A stretch of DNA of 63,943 nt, filler included, from Octopus bimaculoides (GCF_001194135.2; 4 parts of 4 records of this genome joined end to end with filler, not necessarily neighbours in it); one strand, 5' to 3'; numbered from the whole stretch's first letter, positions 24,869 through 37,613 are shown. Numbers and translations are program-made. The notes: a model not told the origin generated them from the letters alone.

Positions 24869-26741
24869 TTCGGCGCATGCGTCGTTAGTTGGTCTGTTGC
24901 TTCCAGATAGAGAAGACACATGCTTTGGCTCCGTGGATAGGAACAAAGAACAAAAAGAAAGTCATCAAGGTGAGTCATTTTTTTACTGCGAGCTGGGTGG
25001 AAATTTACTGTGTGTTTTCTTTTTTCAGTAAATTTCTGCCTAGCTCTGCGGCAATTTCGTCTGCTCTTGGTGACTTTAAATTGTTGTTCGCTTTAACGAG
25101 CTAAAATATTATGTTCCTTGATCGTCGTTATTAGTGGGCGTGTTCGAGTCGCCATAACGGTGGACTGAGAAATTTTTGGAAAACGTTTTTGAGTAAAATT
25201 CTGTATGGCATGTTTTCGTATTATACAGAACCAAAGATTCCTTGTCTGTTCTATTTGCGTGTTTTCTTTTTATTTTTCCCTTCTCCCATTTTTTCTTTCT
25301 TTCTAAAGTTCGTTTCCTCCTTCTTTTCTCATTATTTTACTTTCAGTTTTCTTTCCTTCTCTTTTATCTTGTGTTTCTTCTATTTTTCTTCAGTCTTAAT
25401 CTTTGGTGGACTGTTTTTGTGAACTGTTTTTGAACTGTTTATTGGACAGGTCAGAGAAGGAACTTAAAAAGAACCCTTAAAAAGCAACGGTGTGGTTGCT
25501 GTTTGACACCCCTGAGGAGGCTCGTAATTTTGCGAGCCAGCCCTCAGAGGGCAACGAAATTCTGTTCGTCCCGTCGTAGTGCGGGAGGAAATTAATAAGA
25601 GCTTGGGTATGTGGGTTACCCCCAAATACCGAGGCATGTTGGATTGAAGATACCCTCCGACGGGGCCTGGGGGATAGTGGGCCCAGGCTCTTAAATGTAA
25701 GGGTATCGCTGATGGTCAATTGGGAAGGGTCAAAAACGATTTTGACCCTGTGGACCCCATCGGCCGCAACAGAACTGGTTTTCCAGATTTTTTTAAATGG
25801 TTGGCTGNNNNNNNNNNNNNNNNNNNNNNNNNNNNNNNNNNNNNNNNNNNNNNNNNNNNNNNNNNNNNNNNNNNNNNNNNNNNNNNNNNNNNNNNNNNNN
25901 NNNNNNNNNNNNNNNNNNNNNNNNNNNNNNNNNNNNNNNNNNNNNNNNNNNGTCACATCAAAAAGAACTGCCCCAGGGACACTGTTAAGGTCCGGTAACA
26001 GTTACTGGAAGCCATTGCCCCTACCCAGTAAAAAGGGAGAGGTGGATGTCGTTGAGGAAGCTGAAGCCTCCTCAACCCAAAAGGGATTTAAAAGGAAGAA
26101 AGCGGGCAACAATGGTTGCCCGCCGAAGGACCTTAAGGCTTCGGGAAGTGGGAGAGAGACACTGGACAAAGTGGAAGAGCTCCACTCTCCCGAAGTCAAG
26201 AAGAAAAGGAAAAAGAGAAAGAAGAACAGGTCATTGCAGGTGGACAATGATGTGCCGTCTGCATGTCCCGAAGGTCCGTCAGTGGTAGTTGCGTCACTGA
26301 CGGGGAAGAGCCTTCGTCGGTGAGAATGTGTGCCACCGACGGTAGAAGAAACAACCCCCACCCTTAAAGATGAAGAATTACTTATCTTCTTCTACAAGGG
26401 CGGCGATGTGGAAAAATAGTGGAGGAACACAAAGAGACCGTAGATATGGCCTGCACACGTGATCTCGAATGGCATCCGCAGATAGCTGTGGTGGTCATAA
26501 GGTTTTCCGTGTAGGAAAAGCTGAAAAGACTGAAAGAGGAATGTCGCATATTCCCGGATGGCCCTAACGTGACATATGCTTTGTACATGAATGAGGCATG
26601 GGAAATGGTGGGGTACAGGGCCATAAGCAACAATGAAGATAATGACGGATATATTGATGGGTAGAAGGCGAAAAAGCCTCATTAGTATTAAATAGTAAAA
26701 GGGCTTGAAACCTCAATTTTGTTTGTGCTTTTTTGTTTTGA
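24869..26741 (+). mobile_element. L1/Tx1-like LINE #2, a different family: 5' UTR and ORF1 only
   Basis: KKATVWLLFDTPEEARNF...RKLIRAWVCGLPPNTEACWIE..., knuckle end HIKKNCP after the gap, basic KKKRKKRKK tract. No APE or RT follows, so assignment rests on ORF1 architecture. Confidence 0.65.
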
Positions 26742-26827
26742 AAGTGTCTTCTACTATAGCCTCGAGCCAACCAAAGCCTTGTGAGTGTATTTGGTTGACG
26801 GAAACTGAAAGAAGTCCGTCGGATATA

Positions 26828-26870
<43 letters not shown>

Positions 26871-27408
26871 TATATATTTTTATAAAACAACATTTTATAA
26901 AATATATAGTATCTGTTAACAGTCTTAGCAAAAACCTCACANNNNNNNNNNNNNNNNNNNNNNNNNNNNNNNNNNNNNNNNNNNNNNNNNNNNNNNNNNN
27001 NNNNNNNNNNNNNNNNNNNNNNNNNNNNNNNNNNNNNNNNNNNNNNNNNNNNNNNNNNNNNNNNNNNNNNNNNNNNNNNNNNNNNNNNNNNNNNNNNNNN
27101 NNNNNNNNNNNNNNNNNNNNNNNNNNNNNNNNNNNNNNNNNNNNNNNNNNNNNNNNNNNNNNNNNNNNNNNNNNNNNNNNNNNNNNNNNNNNNNNNNNNN
27201 NNNNNNNNNNNNNNNNNNNNNNNNNNNNNNNNNNNNNNNNNNNNNNNNNNNNNNNNNNNNNNNNNNNNNNNNNNNNNNNNNNNNNNNNNNNNNNNNNNNN
27301 NNNNNATAAGTCCTTGAGTCGATTTGCTCGACTAAAGGCGGTGCTCCAACATGGCCGCAGTCAAATGACTGAAACAAATAGAATAAAAGAATTTATATGT
27401 GTGAGTGT

Positions 27409-27439
<31 letters not shown>

Positions 27440-27863
27440 CGTGTGTGTGTGTGTGTGTGTTTGTCTGTGTGTCTGTGTGCGTGTGTGTGTGATTGTCATG
27501 ATGGTCGCTTCTGCCGATTGGGACGTATGAGTATTTGACGAAAAAGTGATAAGAAGAGACAACAACTCTTAAATAGGAAAGAACAAAAGAAGCTTTGCGA
27601 TGGATGTGTGAGTGTAATTTGAACCCCGGTATGGAATTTGCTATGAAGTCACAATGGGGACGCTGATGAACTTTATTTTCCCTGCGATTGAGCAAATGTG
27701 TCCGTTTATTTCAGCATATAATTCTTTTCTAGTTGTTTCTTCAACTCAAAATGTTTTGATGCATGATGTCATACTTTACGCCATACAAATCAATCTAGCC
27801 AATAGCATAAACATATATGAGAATCACTAAAAAATCTTTACAGCTCAACTCGACGCAAAGGCG

Positions 27864-27906
<43 letters not shown>

Positions 27907-28055
27907 ATGAGTATGTACGTATATATTTGTATGTATCTATTATGTTCCTTTCTCATTTCAACTATTTAAATTCCTCGTTTGAAGAAGGAGCTGGTTTCTA
28001 ACAAAGATACAAATCTGTATTGTTGGAATGTAGATAACGAAAACAATGTCACATT
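27907..28055 (+). repeat. About 150-bp dispersed repeat; second copy at 29110-29258
   Basis: tatttaaattcctc.tttgaagaaggagctggtttctaacaaag.tacaaa.ctg.attgttggaatgtagataa is present in both copies. Confidence 0.9.
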
Positions 28056-28582
28056 TTCAACCTGAGAAAAGTCTTAGATAATTTTATTGTTCCGTTTGGA
28101 GATTGTATTTGTAATGTGCTAACCAGTTAGTTGATTTCTTTTTCTGAAAATCCAACTTGATCCAGACTGACAGTTGGGCATTTATTTACAAAACCTAGTG
28201 CACCAATTGTTATTGGTATGAATGTAAATTTGTAAACTGGATGTAGAAGTTCGATGCAGTTGACAATAGTCATCTTCCTACTCTTTGATTTTCTAAGAGA
28301 TATTCAAATTAACAGAACACTTGACCTCTATGGTGGGACATGCTTATTTTTGTCTCTCCCAAACAATCATATCCGATAATTGTGCTTATACTTGAGAGAT
28401 GTTTTGATGTATTTAGTTATTATCTATCTACAGGTTCTTGCAGATAAATTGATACCAATTTAAAGCAGATAATTTAGTGGGTTTAACATTTCATTTTCTG
28501 ACAAAAACCTTGCTAGAAAATCTTATCCTCCTCTTTATTTTTCGGGTAAATAGCGAACTAATTCGACAACAGAGACTCAGTC

Positions 28583-29112
28583 ATGGAACTACAGAAGCGT
28601 TCCGCCATTGTTGTTTTGGCACACGCCGGGCACACTGCCAATAAAATTAATTTAACGAAACTTCCAAAAGCAACACTTATCGTGTGCATAAAAAATTTAA
28701 AGAAGAGGGAAAGATTGATGAAAAAATAACATAATACGCAAAGTGATTCCAAGCACAATCCAAAGTTGCTCGCTAGCCTGAAACGCTTGATTGAAGTGAA
28801 CCCATCCACATCATGACAACACTTACAAATAAATACAATGGGTCCCGTTCCACGGTGTTCAGAGTGTGAACACGAACCTTGGCATGACTAGCTATGTTCG
28901 ACGACGCCGTCACCTCCAAACAGTTAAGGCTAAAGCAATCAGAGCCGAGAGATGCTCAAAGCTTCTGTCATTTAACAAGCATCAAGGTACAGAAAAAAAA
29001 CTCTTGTGTTTGTGGTGAAGTTCACTGTGGTGAATCGAAGAAATTCTTGAGTGATTGCATACAATATTCTGAGGTCCCCTCTGTGTTTGAGACTAAGAAT
29101 TCTGCCTCTGTG
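28583..29112 (+). pseudogene. Tc1/mariner (DD37D/maT-like) transposase, N-terminal HTH to first catalytic region, frameshifted
   Basis: MELQKRSAIVVLAHAGHTANKI..TKLPKAT.YRVHKKF, LASLKRLIEVNPSTS, LGMTSYVRRRRHL, KAIRAERCSKLL, LVFV, NRRNS, PSVFETKNSASV. Confidence 0.8.
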
Positions 29113-29361
29113 AGTATGTAAGTATGTATTTGTATGTATCTATTATGTTCTTTTCTGATCTTAACTATTTAAATTCCTCCTTTGAAGAAGGAGCTGGTTT
29201 CTAACAAAGGTACAAAACTGCATTGTTGGAATGTAGATAATGTAAACAATATCACATTGAAGCCGTGGCGAATGATACCAGTGTCATGGATCCAAACTTC
29301 ATTGAGTCTGGCTTGAAGATCACCAAAATTTATCTGTACGACCATGTATGTATGTATGTTT

Positions 29362-29712
29362 GCTCAGTGGTTAGGGCAGCGGACTTGTGGTCATAGGATC
29401 TCGGTTTCGATTTCCAGACTGCGCGTTGTGAATGTTTATTGAGCGAAAATAACTAAAGCGCCACGAGTCTCCGGCGGCGGGGGGTGGAACCCCGCTGTAC
29501 TCTTTCACCACAACTTTCTCTCACTCTTTCTTCCTGTTTCTGTTGTACCTGTATTTCAAAGGGGCCAATCTTGTCACACTTTGTCACGCTGAATCTCCCT
29601 GAATCTCCCGTGTCTGTGGAGTGCTTAGCCACTTCTACGTTAACTTCACCAGCAGGCTTTTCCGTTGAACGGATCAACTGGGACTCACGTCGTCGTAACC
29701 GACCGAGTGCCA
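29362..29712 (+). mobile_element. SINE family B variant (different middle module, same 3' tail)
   Basis: gctcagtgg and gtttcgatt boxes; tail identical in type to 14040-14180. Confidence 0.8.
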
Positions 29713-30074
29713 CGTTATACGTGTTATATTTTACCAAACTCTTTTATCTACATACAGTCCTGCATAAAGCGGCGTTTTCATTTATTCCCCAATACAGTTA
29801 TTTACGAATAGCATTGGTGTATTTTGTATGTTATTGCATTTTATATTTTTTACTTTATTTTATTTTTATCTTTATGTTATATTCCGTCATCTTCCTACTA
29901 GCAGCGTTACTCTTTTATCTCACAAAACACATTTGTCGAAGCAACTCCTGTTTCTTTAAAATAAAAAGTAATTTGCAGTGTGGCATCGACGTAAATTATA
30001 TAGATTGTGAGGAACAAATATGAGAGTGTAACGTTAATTAAATATTAGTTTCACATTTTGATAGAAGGACAGCG

Positions 30075-30255
30075 ATTTCGGGGTTGGGAGTTATATCGAC
30101 CGTAGTGTTCCACTGGTACTTATTTTATCGACCTCGAAATGATGAAAGACAAAGTCGACCTCGGCAAAATTTGAACAGAGAACGCAAAGACGGATGAAAT
30201 ACCACTATACTTTTTGCTCGGGGCACCAACGATTCTGCCAGATCACCACCCTAAA
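30075..30255 (-). mobile_element. SINE family D
   Basis: tatcgacctcgaaatgatgaaagacaaagtcgacctcggcaaaatttgaac. Confidence 0.85.
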
Positions 30256-31834
30256 TGTTAACGAAATATTAATGATTCAGCAGAGGCGAAACAGACTCCA
30301 CTAGGCATTGAACAATTGTCGACGTGTCACTTCACCATTAGCTTACTTTTTGCATTAGGCCCAAAATATTAATTTCTCACTCCATCCATAACTAAATTTC
30401 TATCATGATTGGATTCCTCTCGTTGCGTATTTCATTCTTACTTGAAACATACAAGCAAATAGACCGGGTTTTATTTAATCTTAGAAAACAAACTGGTCAA
30501 ATCGAAAATTATAAGGCGACACGCGATTATTCTACAACATATTCGTGATGAATATTCACATGATCATTAAATTAAATTCTACATTTCGTTGCGTCTTATT
30601 ATTTTCTAGTTTCAAATTTTGTCAGATTTCATTCTGCTTTTTCACTCCACCGATGTCAAGATTATGAAGCCCTCTTGTCAATTTTCCTTCGTTCAGTCTT
30701 ATATTTCACCTTCTTTGAAATGCATGTACACATATCAATATGAAAAAGTGATTATGTATAGAAATATCAATTCTCTGGTGTGATAGAAATTAATGCAATT
30801 CTCTTCTTTCACTTACTGAATCCAAATTCAACTTGTTTTGACTTGGTATTTTAATATCAATAAGATCGATGAAATAAATTCTGGTGAAAATGTATACGAA
30901 GTGCAGGAAATTTATAAACAAATTCTATGGAAGATCGATTTATCAATTATTACAAAAGACAGTATTTACTATTTATAGATAGACTAAAAGTGTTCTAACA
31001 ACAAATATTGGTTTTTAATATTCAACTTATGACTTATGAGGTGATAAAATGTCAATTGTTGACCAACTTCACTCTTCTGTTATAATATCGACAATTCTTT
31101 CTAGGAATTTAGGAATGATCAAAGGCAAATTATATTTCGGCAGAATTTGAACCCATGATTTTAGTTTCATAAGCTGTAGTTCATTATTTGAAGTTAATCA
31201 ATACGAAATTTCTAGACAGAAATTTATGATCCGACAGTCATTCGACAAATGTCAATTGTGTGTTTGACTGAGCTTCTTTGAGATATATTACGACCAAAAT
31301 AATTCTGACTTTGCCCTCTAACTATTTAACCTAACAAATACTTCCCACTGTTTACTCCATTTAAATTTCAGTAGACTTCAACTTCGGTGATATCTGTAGT
31401 TTAGCATGAATTCTTAATTAATACTAATTTGTCTTCTTATTAGCTGGATGATTTCAACTGATTAATTAGTTATTATGTCTCACTCTCTGTGCGTCACTTC
31501 CAAGCACTCTATCTTACCTCCTTCTTCCAAGATCCTCAGATGTGGGCTTATTTGCCGACACACCAATAGAATATGGTATTGTAATCCCTTATAGAATTAT
31601 GTATTTTTATGTTGCATATATGTTTGAATTAACTCGAAAGTCAATTTCAGTAAAGAAACCCAAAATAATTTATATATATCACATATTCAAAATGGGATTT
31701 TAGATTTCTTTCCACCCTAATTTAACGTAAGTAGGAATAGCAGGATGCCAGTAATACAAGATAAAAGGAGACAACCAAAAGTTGAGGGATGTGACAATAA
31801 GTGAGATGAAATTCTTGTTGCTGTTATCGGCCAA

Positions 31835-31880
<46 letters not shown>

Positions 31881-33370
31881 GACATGAAATAAGGTTTAAC
31901 GTAAAAACAAGAAGGGTTGAAACCAAGTTGTAGCAAATAGATAAATCGACATACTTGCCTACAAGACAGAGGTGGAAAATCTTGCGTTTCTACGAATCTG
32001 ATTTTATCATTTTGGAGCTTGAAGAATTTTTTATCTGAAAGTGAAAAAAAAGAAACAGTATAAATAAATAATTAATATTTAATTCCCGCGTGTTTATTAC
32101 GTTTATATTATTCCTTTTTTAACTTCTGTGAACTGTTTCATTGAACTTCCTTGGCGCGTGATATGAATATTTGATAAAGCTCAAATGCATTATGGAATTA
32201 AAAATATACGTATCGCTCCTCATGTATATTTTTAAATCTTTCAATAATTTCACTCATTAAGCAGGTTAAATCGAGCAATAATGCAGATATAAGCCGAAAC
32301 CCGGAAGGAAGGTTGTTGTGCTGGAATAAATATTTGACATTTTATTTGTGTATTTGTTTGCGATTTTCTTGGTGTGAACTCGTGTGGTGAAAACGATTTT
32401 GTTGTATCTTAGGAGAACCCATAGACCCAAAATAAACACACGCTTTGCTTCAGTTTCATTTCTTTATTATTTTTCGACAATTGATTAACTGTTCAATCAA
32501 CTGACTAATCGATTGCTTGATCAATCATTCAGTTAATCAATCAGTCAGTTGTGCTTGCCAACGTCCTTCATTCAGAAGTATTTGAAACAAACCTGAAGCA
32601 GACCTGGAATGGAGAGAGAGCATGTGATAGACGGAGTCGCTCGAGGTGTGGGACGAAAGGACTTAGGCAAACATAACTGATCGTTTGATTAACCTGATCA
32701 GTAATCAAATAATCGATTTTGGTTAAATATGCAAGCAACTGACGAATTATGAACAAAGAAGTAAAACTGAACCAGTGCATGTTTATTGTTGGTGTAATGA
32801 CCTCCAAGATATAACAAGATATTTTAGAATATATTAACTTTGTCATTCTATATGATTTTAAAGCTGCTTGTGTTGATTTCAAAGTTTAACGTTAGCGGAG
32901 TTACTTATATACCGATAATATAGACACTTCGACCAAGTCTAGTAGTCTACACACAAGTCTGCATTTCAATAAGCAAAAGCCTGCTGCGTTGTAAGACTAT
33001 TTCTCACAGTTTGGAAATAAATATGAAGTTTGAAATAAATATGAAGAGAACGTGTGCCTGCGAGTGTGCAGATGGTGAGTTTGTGTCGCTGTGTATATGT
33101 TTGTGTAAGTCATTAATGCCCTGAGGATCAAATCGTAGGTTTGTTTATTCGAATGTGCCGCATAAATGTTACTCATTATTACATGCTGTTTTCCCGTCTG
33201 AATACGTACATATATAGTACTATATACATCTGTGTGCGGCAAACATGTATGTCTTCCAATCCTAACATATATGATAGGTGTGTGTGTATATATATATGTA
33301 GATATATCCTTCATAAATATCAAACATTTTAAGCATATACGGACACACACAACATTCACACGCACGTGTG

Positions 33371-33413
<43 letters not shown>

Positions 33414-34143
33414 NNNNNNNNNNNNNNNNNNNNNNNNNNNNNNNNNNNNNNNNNNNNNNNNNNNNNNNNNNNNNNNNNNNNNNNNNNNNNNNNNNNNNNN
33501 NNNNNNNNNNNNNNNNNNNNNNNNNNNNNNNNNNNNNNNNNNNNNNNNNNNNNNNNNNNNNNNNNNNNNNNNNNNNNNNNNNNNNNNNNNNNNNNNNNNN
33601 NNNNNNNNNNNNNNNNNNNNNNNNNNNNNNNNNNNNNNNNNNNNNNNNNNNNNNNNNNNNNNNNNNNNNNNNNNNNNNNNNNNNNNNNNNNNNNNNNNNN
33701 NNNNNNNNNNNNNNNNNNNNNNNNNNNNNNNNNNNNNNNNNNNNNNNNNNNNNNNNNNNNNNNNNNNNNNNNNNNNNNNNNNNNNNNNNNNNNNNNNNNN
33801 NNNNNNNNNNNNNNNNNNNNNNNNNNNNNNNNNNNNNNNNNNNNNNNNNNNNNNNNNNNNNNNNNNNNNNNNNNNNNNNNNNNNNNNNNNNNNNNNNNNN
33901 NNNNNNNNNNNNNNNNNNNNNNNNNNNNNNNNNNNNNNNNNNNNNNNNNNNNNNNNNNNNNNNNNNNNNNNNNNNNNNNNNNNNNNNNNNNNNNNNNNNN
34001 NNNNNNNNNNNNNNNNNNNNNNNNNNNNNNNNNNNNNNNNNNNNNNNNNNNNNNNNNNNNNNNNNNNNNNNNNNNNNNNNNNNNNNNNNNNNNNNNNNNN
34101 NNNNNNNNNNNNNNNNNNNNNNNNNNNNNNNNNNNNNNNNNNN

Positions 34144-34345
34144 AATGCCGCTTGTATTTGAATACTATGCAAATATTCTTTTAAAAAACTTTTCTTTTAA
34201 TTTTTCCCAAATTTAATTGTTTTCCATACTTACAATTGAAAAAGTCTCATTGACTGAAACCGGTACTGAAATGTTTTTTATAAAATTATTTTAGGATTTT
34301 CTACCTTGACTTTTTTCCATATATATCAACTCGTGTGTTCTTTTA
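34144..34345 (+). mobile_element. Penelope-like terminal repeat family carrying a hammerhead-like fold; second copy at 61562-61750 (minus)
   Basis: The two copies align over about 180 bp and both contain TTGAAAA-AGTC-loop-GACT-GAAR-CCGGTA. Confidence 0.55.
34229..34271 (+). ncRNA. Putative minimal type I hammerhead ribozyme, U3/A8 core variant, weak stem I
   Basis: Core TTGAAAA (34236-34242), stem II agtc/gact, GAAA (34256-34259), C-CG-G palindromic stem III, GUA cleavage triplet (34263-34265). Confidence 0.45.
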
Positions 34346-34422
34346 TATATACATATATGTGTGTGTGCGTGTGTGTGTATCTGTGTGTGTGTGTGTGTGT
34401 GTATGCATGTATGTATGTATGA

Positions 34423-34453
<31 letters not shown>

Positions 34454-34572
34454 TTTAATTGAACGCGACGCATCCATTTACAAGTAAGTTTATCTTTACC
34501 TTTTTGATGCGACTTTCTCCTCTATACCGTTTTCTTCCTCCATCTTCTCTAATACCCAAATGAACGGACGCA

Positions 34573-34629
<57 letters not shown>

Positions 34630-35603
34630 TTCTATCTTTTTCTCTTTTCAAACAAGTGTTCCACCCAGCGTTCACTATTTTCCTTTCGTTCTGGTCTCCG
34701 TGTTTGTTTTCGTTCGGTTTCCTTGTTTGGCTCCAATGTCATGTTTTTTTTTCCTAACTTTGACCCTACATAAATCCTAAATTTTATTTTAGAATTTATG
34801 CGAGCAACTGTCTTTGAANNNNNNNNNNATATTATATTATATTATATTATATTATATTATATTATATTATATTATTTATTATGTATGTATGTATGCTTTA
34901 TTTGTGTGCATATATCTGGAATATTTTCGTAAAAATGCACTCCACAACGATTTGCTAATCAAGCTACTGATATTTTCTTTTACACAAATATGATTTCTTG
35001 ATTTGATATCTGCCATAAATTCAGTGACCAACGAACGGTAGGACATAAAATAAGGTAAGGGATTATTTTCTCATCAAATAATTTAATAAATCTTGATAAA
35101 TGGATAAAAAAGAAAAGAAGAAGAAACAAGGCCAATGACAAAAGGCGCTGTTTAAGAAAAACATCATTTTATTTTTTAGAATGTCTACATAAATTTAACG
35201 ATTGCATCAATTTCGAATGGTCTTCTTACCAATTATTCTGCCAAAGTGACTTAAATTGTAACCTCTTGAATCATATATAAATGTACATCTTTCTCTCTCT
35301 CCCTCTTTCTCTGTCTCTTTATTATGTCCCTTTCTCCTACCTCTCTTTCTCACATTACTTTTTCTCTATTTTGAACGCTATCTTTGTTTGCATGATGTCT
35401 GTAAATATGTGTATTTACATATGTATGTTTGTATTTATGCATATGTGTATGCATTCATGAATTCCATAGATGTACATCAATTTATCTGTGGCAGTGGGCA
35501 TATACAGTACATATACAGTACATAAATGTGTGTATTTATGTTTGAATTCCTGATGCATTCAACTATCGATAATTATGATTGTATATTATTATTATTATTA
35601 TTA

Positions 35604-35640
<37 letters not shown>

Positions 35641-35934
35641 CATTATTATTATTATTATCAATGTTAATAAAGAAATCAATATTATTGTTATTATCAATGT
35701 TATTACAGTTGCAATCCTCATTATCATCCTCATCATTATTTGAATTTGCTGTCCATAACATACACATTTCTATGGATACATACACATACAAATATACATA
35801 AACGTGCACACACACACACCGTTTGATACATGCATACATACATACGTACATACATACATACATACATACATACATACATACGTACGTACATACATATACA
35901 ATATGTGTCATAAGAAAATAATCCTTTCTTTTGT

Positions 35935-36105
35935 AACTTGGGGAGCGGTAAGTTGACTACATCGACCCCAGTACCTGACTGGTACTTACTATAACGAGTT
36001 CGAAGGTATGAAAGGCAAAGCCGACCTCAGCGGAATTTGAACTCAGAACGTAAAGACAAACATTTTGCCGGGTGTGCTAACGGTTCTGCCAGTTCGCCGC
36101 CTTAA
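35935..36105 (-). mobile_element. SINE family D
   Basis: gaaaggcaaagccgacctcagcggaatttgaactcagaacg...ctgccagttcgccgcc. Confidence 0.88.
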
Positions 36106-36114
36106 ACATACTGA

Positions 36115-36335
36115 CCCCTAGAGCCGGTTTCCCAGTTTCCATGGCGTATATATTTCCCATCGAGACAGGACGCCTGTCCGTCACAGGATTACTCATTTTC
36201 GCCGAATGAACGGACGGGCACAACGCGAAATGAAGTGATTTGCTCAAGAACACAACACGTCGACGGATCCAGGAATCGAAACCACAATCCTACGATCATG
36301 AATCCAACACCCTAACCACTAAACTACCCGCCTCT
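36115..36335 (-). mobile_element. SINE family C
   Basis: Reverse complement of the 10408-10635 structure. Confidence 0.85.
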
Positions 36336-37074
36336 GGGAAGGCATAAGAAAATAATACGATCGCAAATCAACAATAAACACCCTGGATTATCGACCCAAT
36401 TGCGAGAAATATCTCCTTCGTTCTAACACCCTTCACAACATTCTAGTTCTAATAGATAATCCACACCCATTCATACAGTCTTCCGGAAAACTGTTTCATC
36501 GAAAGAAATGAAGCCTAAGTTACAACCGTATTCCTGACGTGCAGAAGCTGATGATATAAATCTTAAAAATAAACTGTTGATGGGAAGAGTTTAAAGGTAC
36601 ATCTTGAAGCATGTTTTCTCAAGCAGTCCTACTGTGCTGGGACAGAACTTACCTACATTGAATTGAACCTCAATGTAAAGTGTAAACCAAACTTAGATAG
36701 AAAGAGCAATGTATTGGTTAGATGGTTCAATAATCAAGAAGTTTGTGAAAATGGATTTTGTCGAGTTATACCATTCTCTTTCCAAAACAATATTTGTTAT
36801 TTAGTAATAATTTGTTAAATGATCTAAGAATATAGGTGTGACAAAGACATCAATACCATTATATTCACTATCTGCTTACAGGTAATGGTTCGGTTGGAGT
36901 AAATAACAATCAGATCTGACAGTTTCGTTCGATGTCTCTGCATGGTCACATAATACTACAGTGATACATTATGTATTATACCCAGCGCATCCTCAGTTAT
37001 ACTTTTACCAGAAGAAATATCGGAACGACTAGTTGTGGCGTTTTCGCTGAATCACAAAGTGTCTATGGGCATAT

Positions 37075-37537
37075 CTTTTATCTTTTACTTAAGCCATTGG
37101 ACTACGGCTATGCTGGAACAACACTTTGTAGGATTTTAGTCGAACGAATCAACCCAGTGTTATTTTCTTTCTATTTAAGCCTGGTACTTGTTCTATCGAT
37201 CACTTATGTTGAACCATAAATTATGGGGGCGTAAACACATCAACACCGGTTGTGAATCTTTGATGGGGGACAAACATAAACACGCACACACACACACACA
37301 CGACACACATGCACGCATACACACACACACGCACACATGTATATACAGTAATACCTCGACTATCGAGGATGTTACGTGGTCCCTCACCCCGTGATAGGTG
37401 AAAATCAGTGAGGTATATATTTTATTGTAAATACAAAACTAAAGCGCGGAGGATTCGACGTAAGATTAAATAATAAACCATGATAGGCGAACCGTGATAT
37501 GGCGAGGGATTACTGTATACACATATACATGTGTGTG

Positions 37538-37613
<76 letters not shown>

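Noticed and set aside
24859-24880. Superficial similarity of cttgcttacttcggcgca to the U6 snRNA 5' end
   Set aside because: No further U6 sequence follows, and it is explained as the TSD plus the LINE 5' end.
29484-30023. 179-aa plus-strand ORF with a hydrophobic tail
   Set aside because: The first half is SINE B-variant sequence and the second half is T-rich low complexity.
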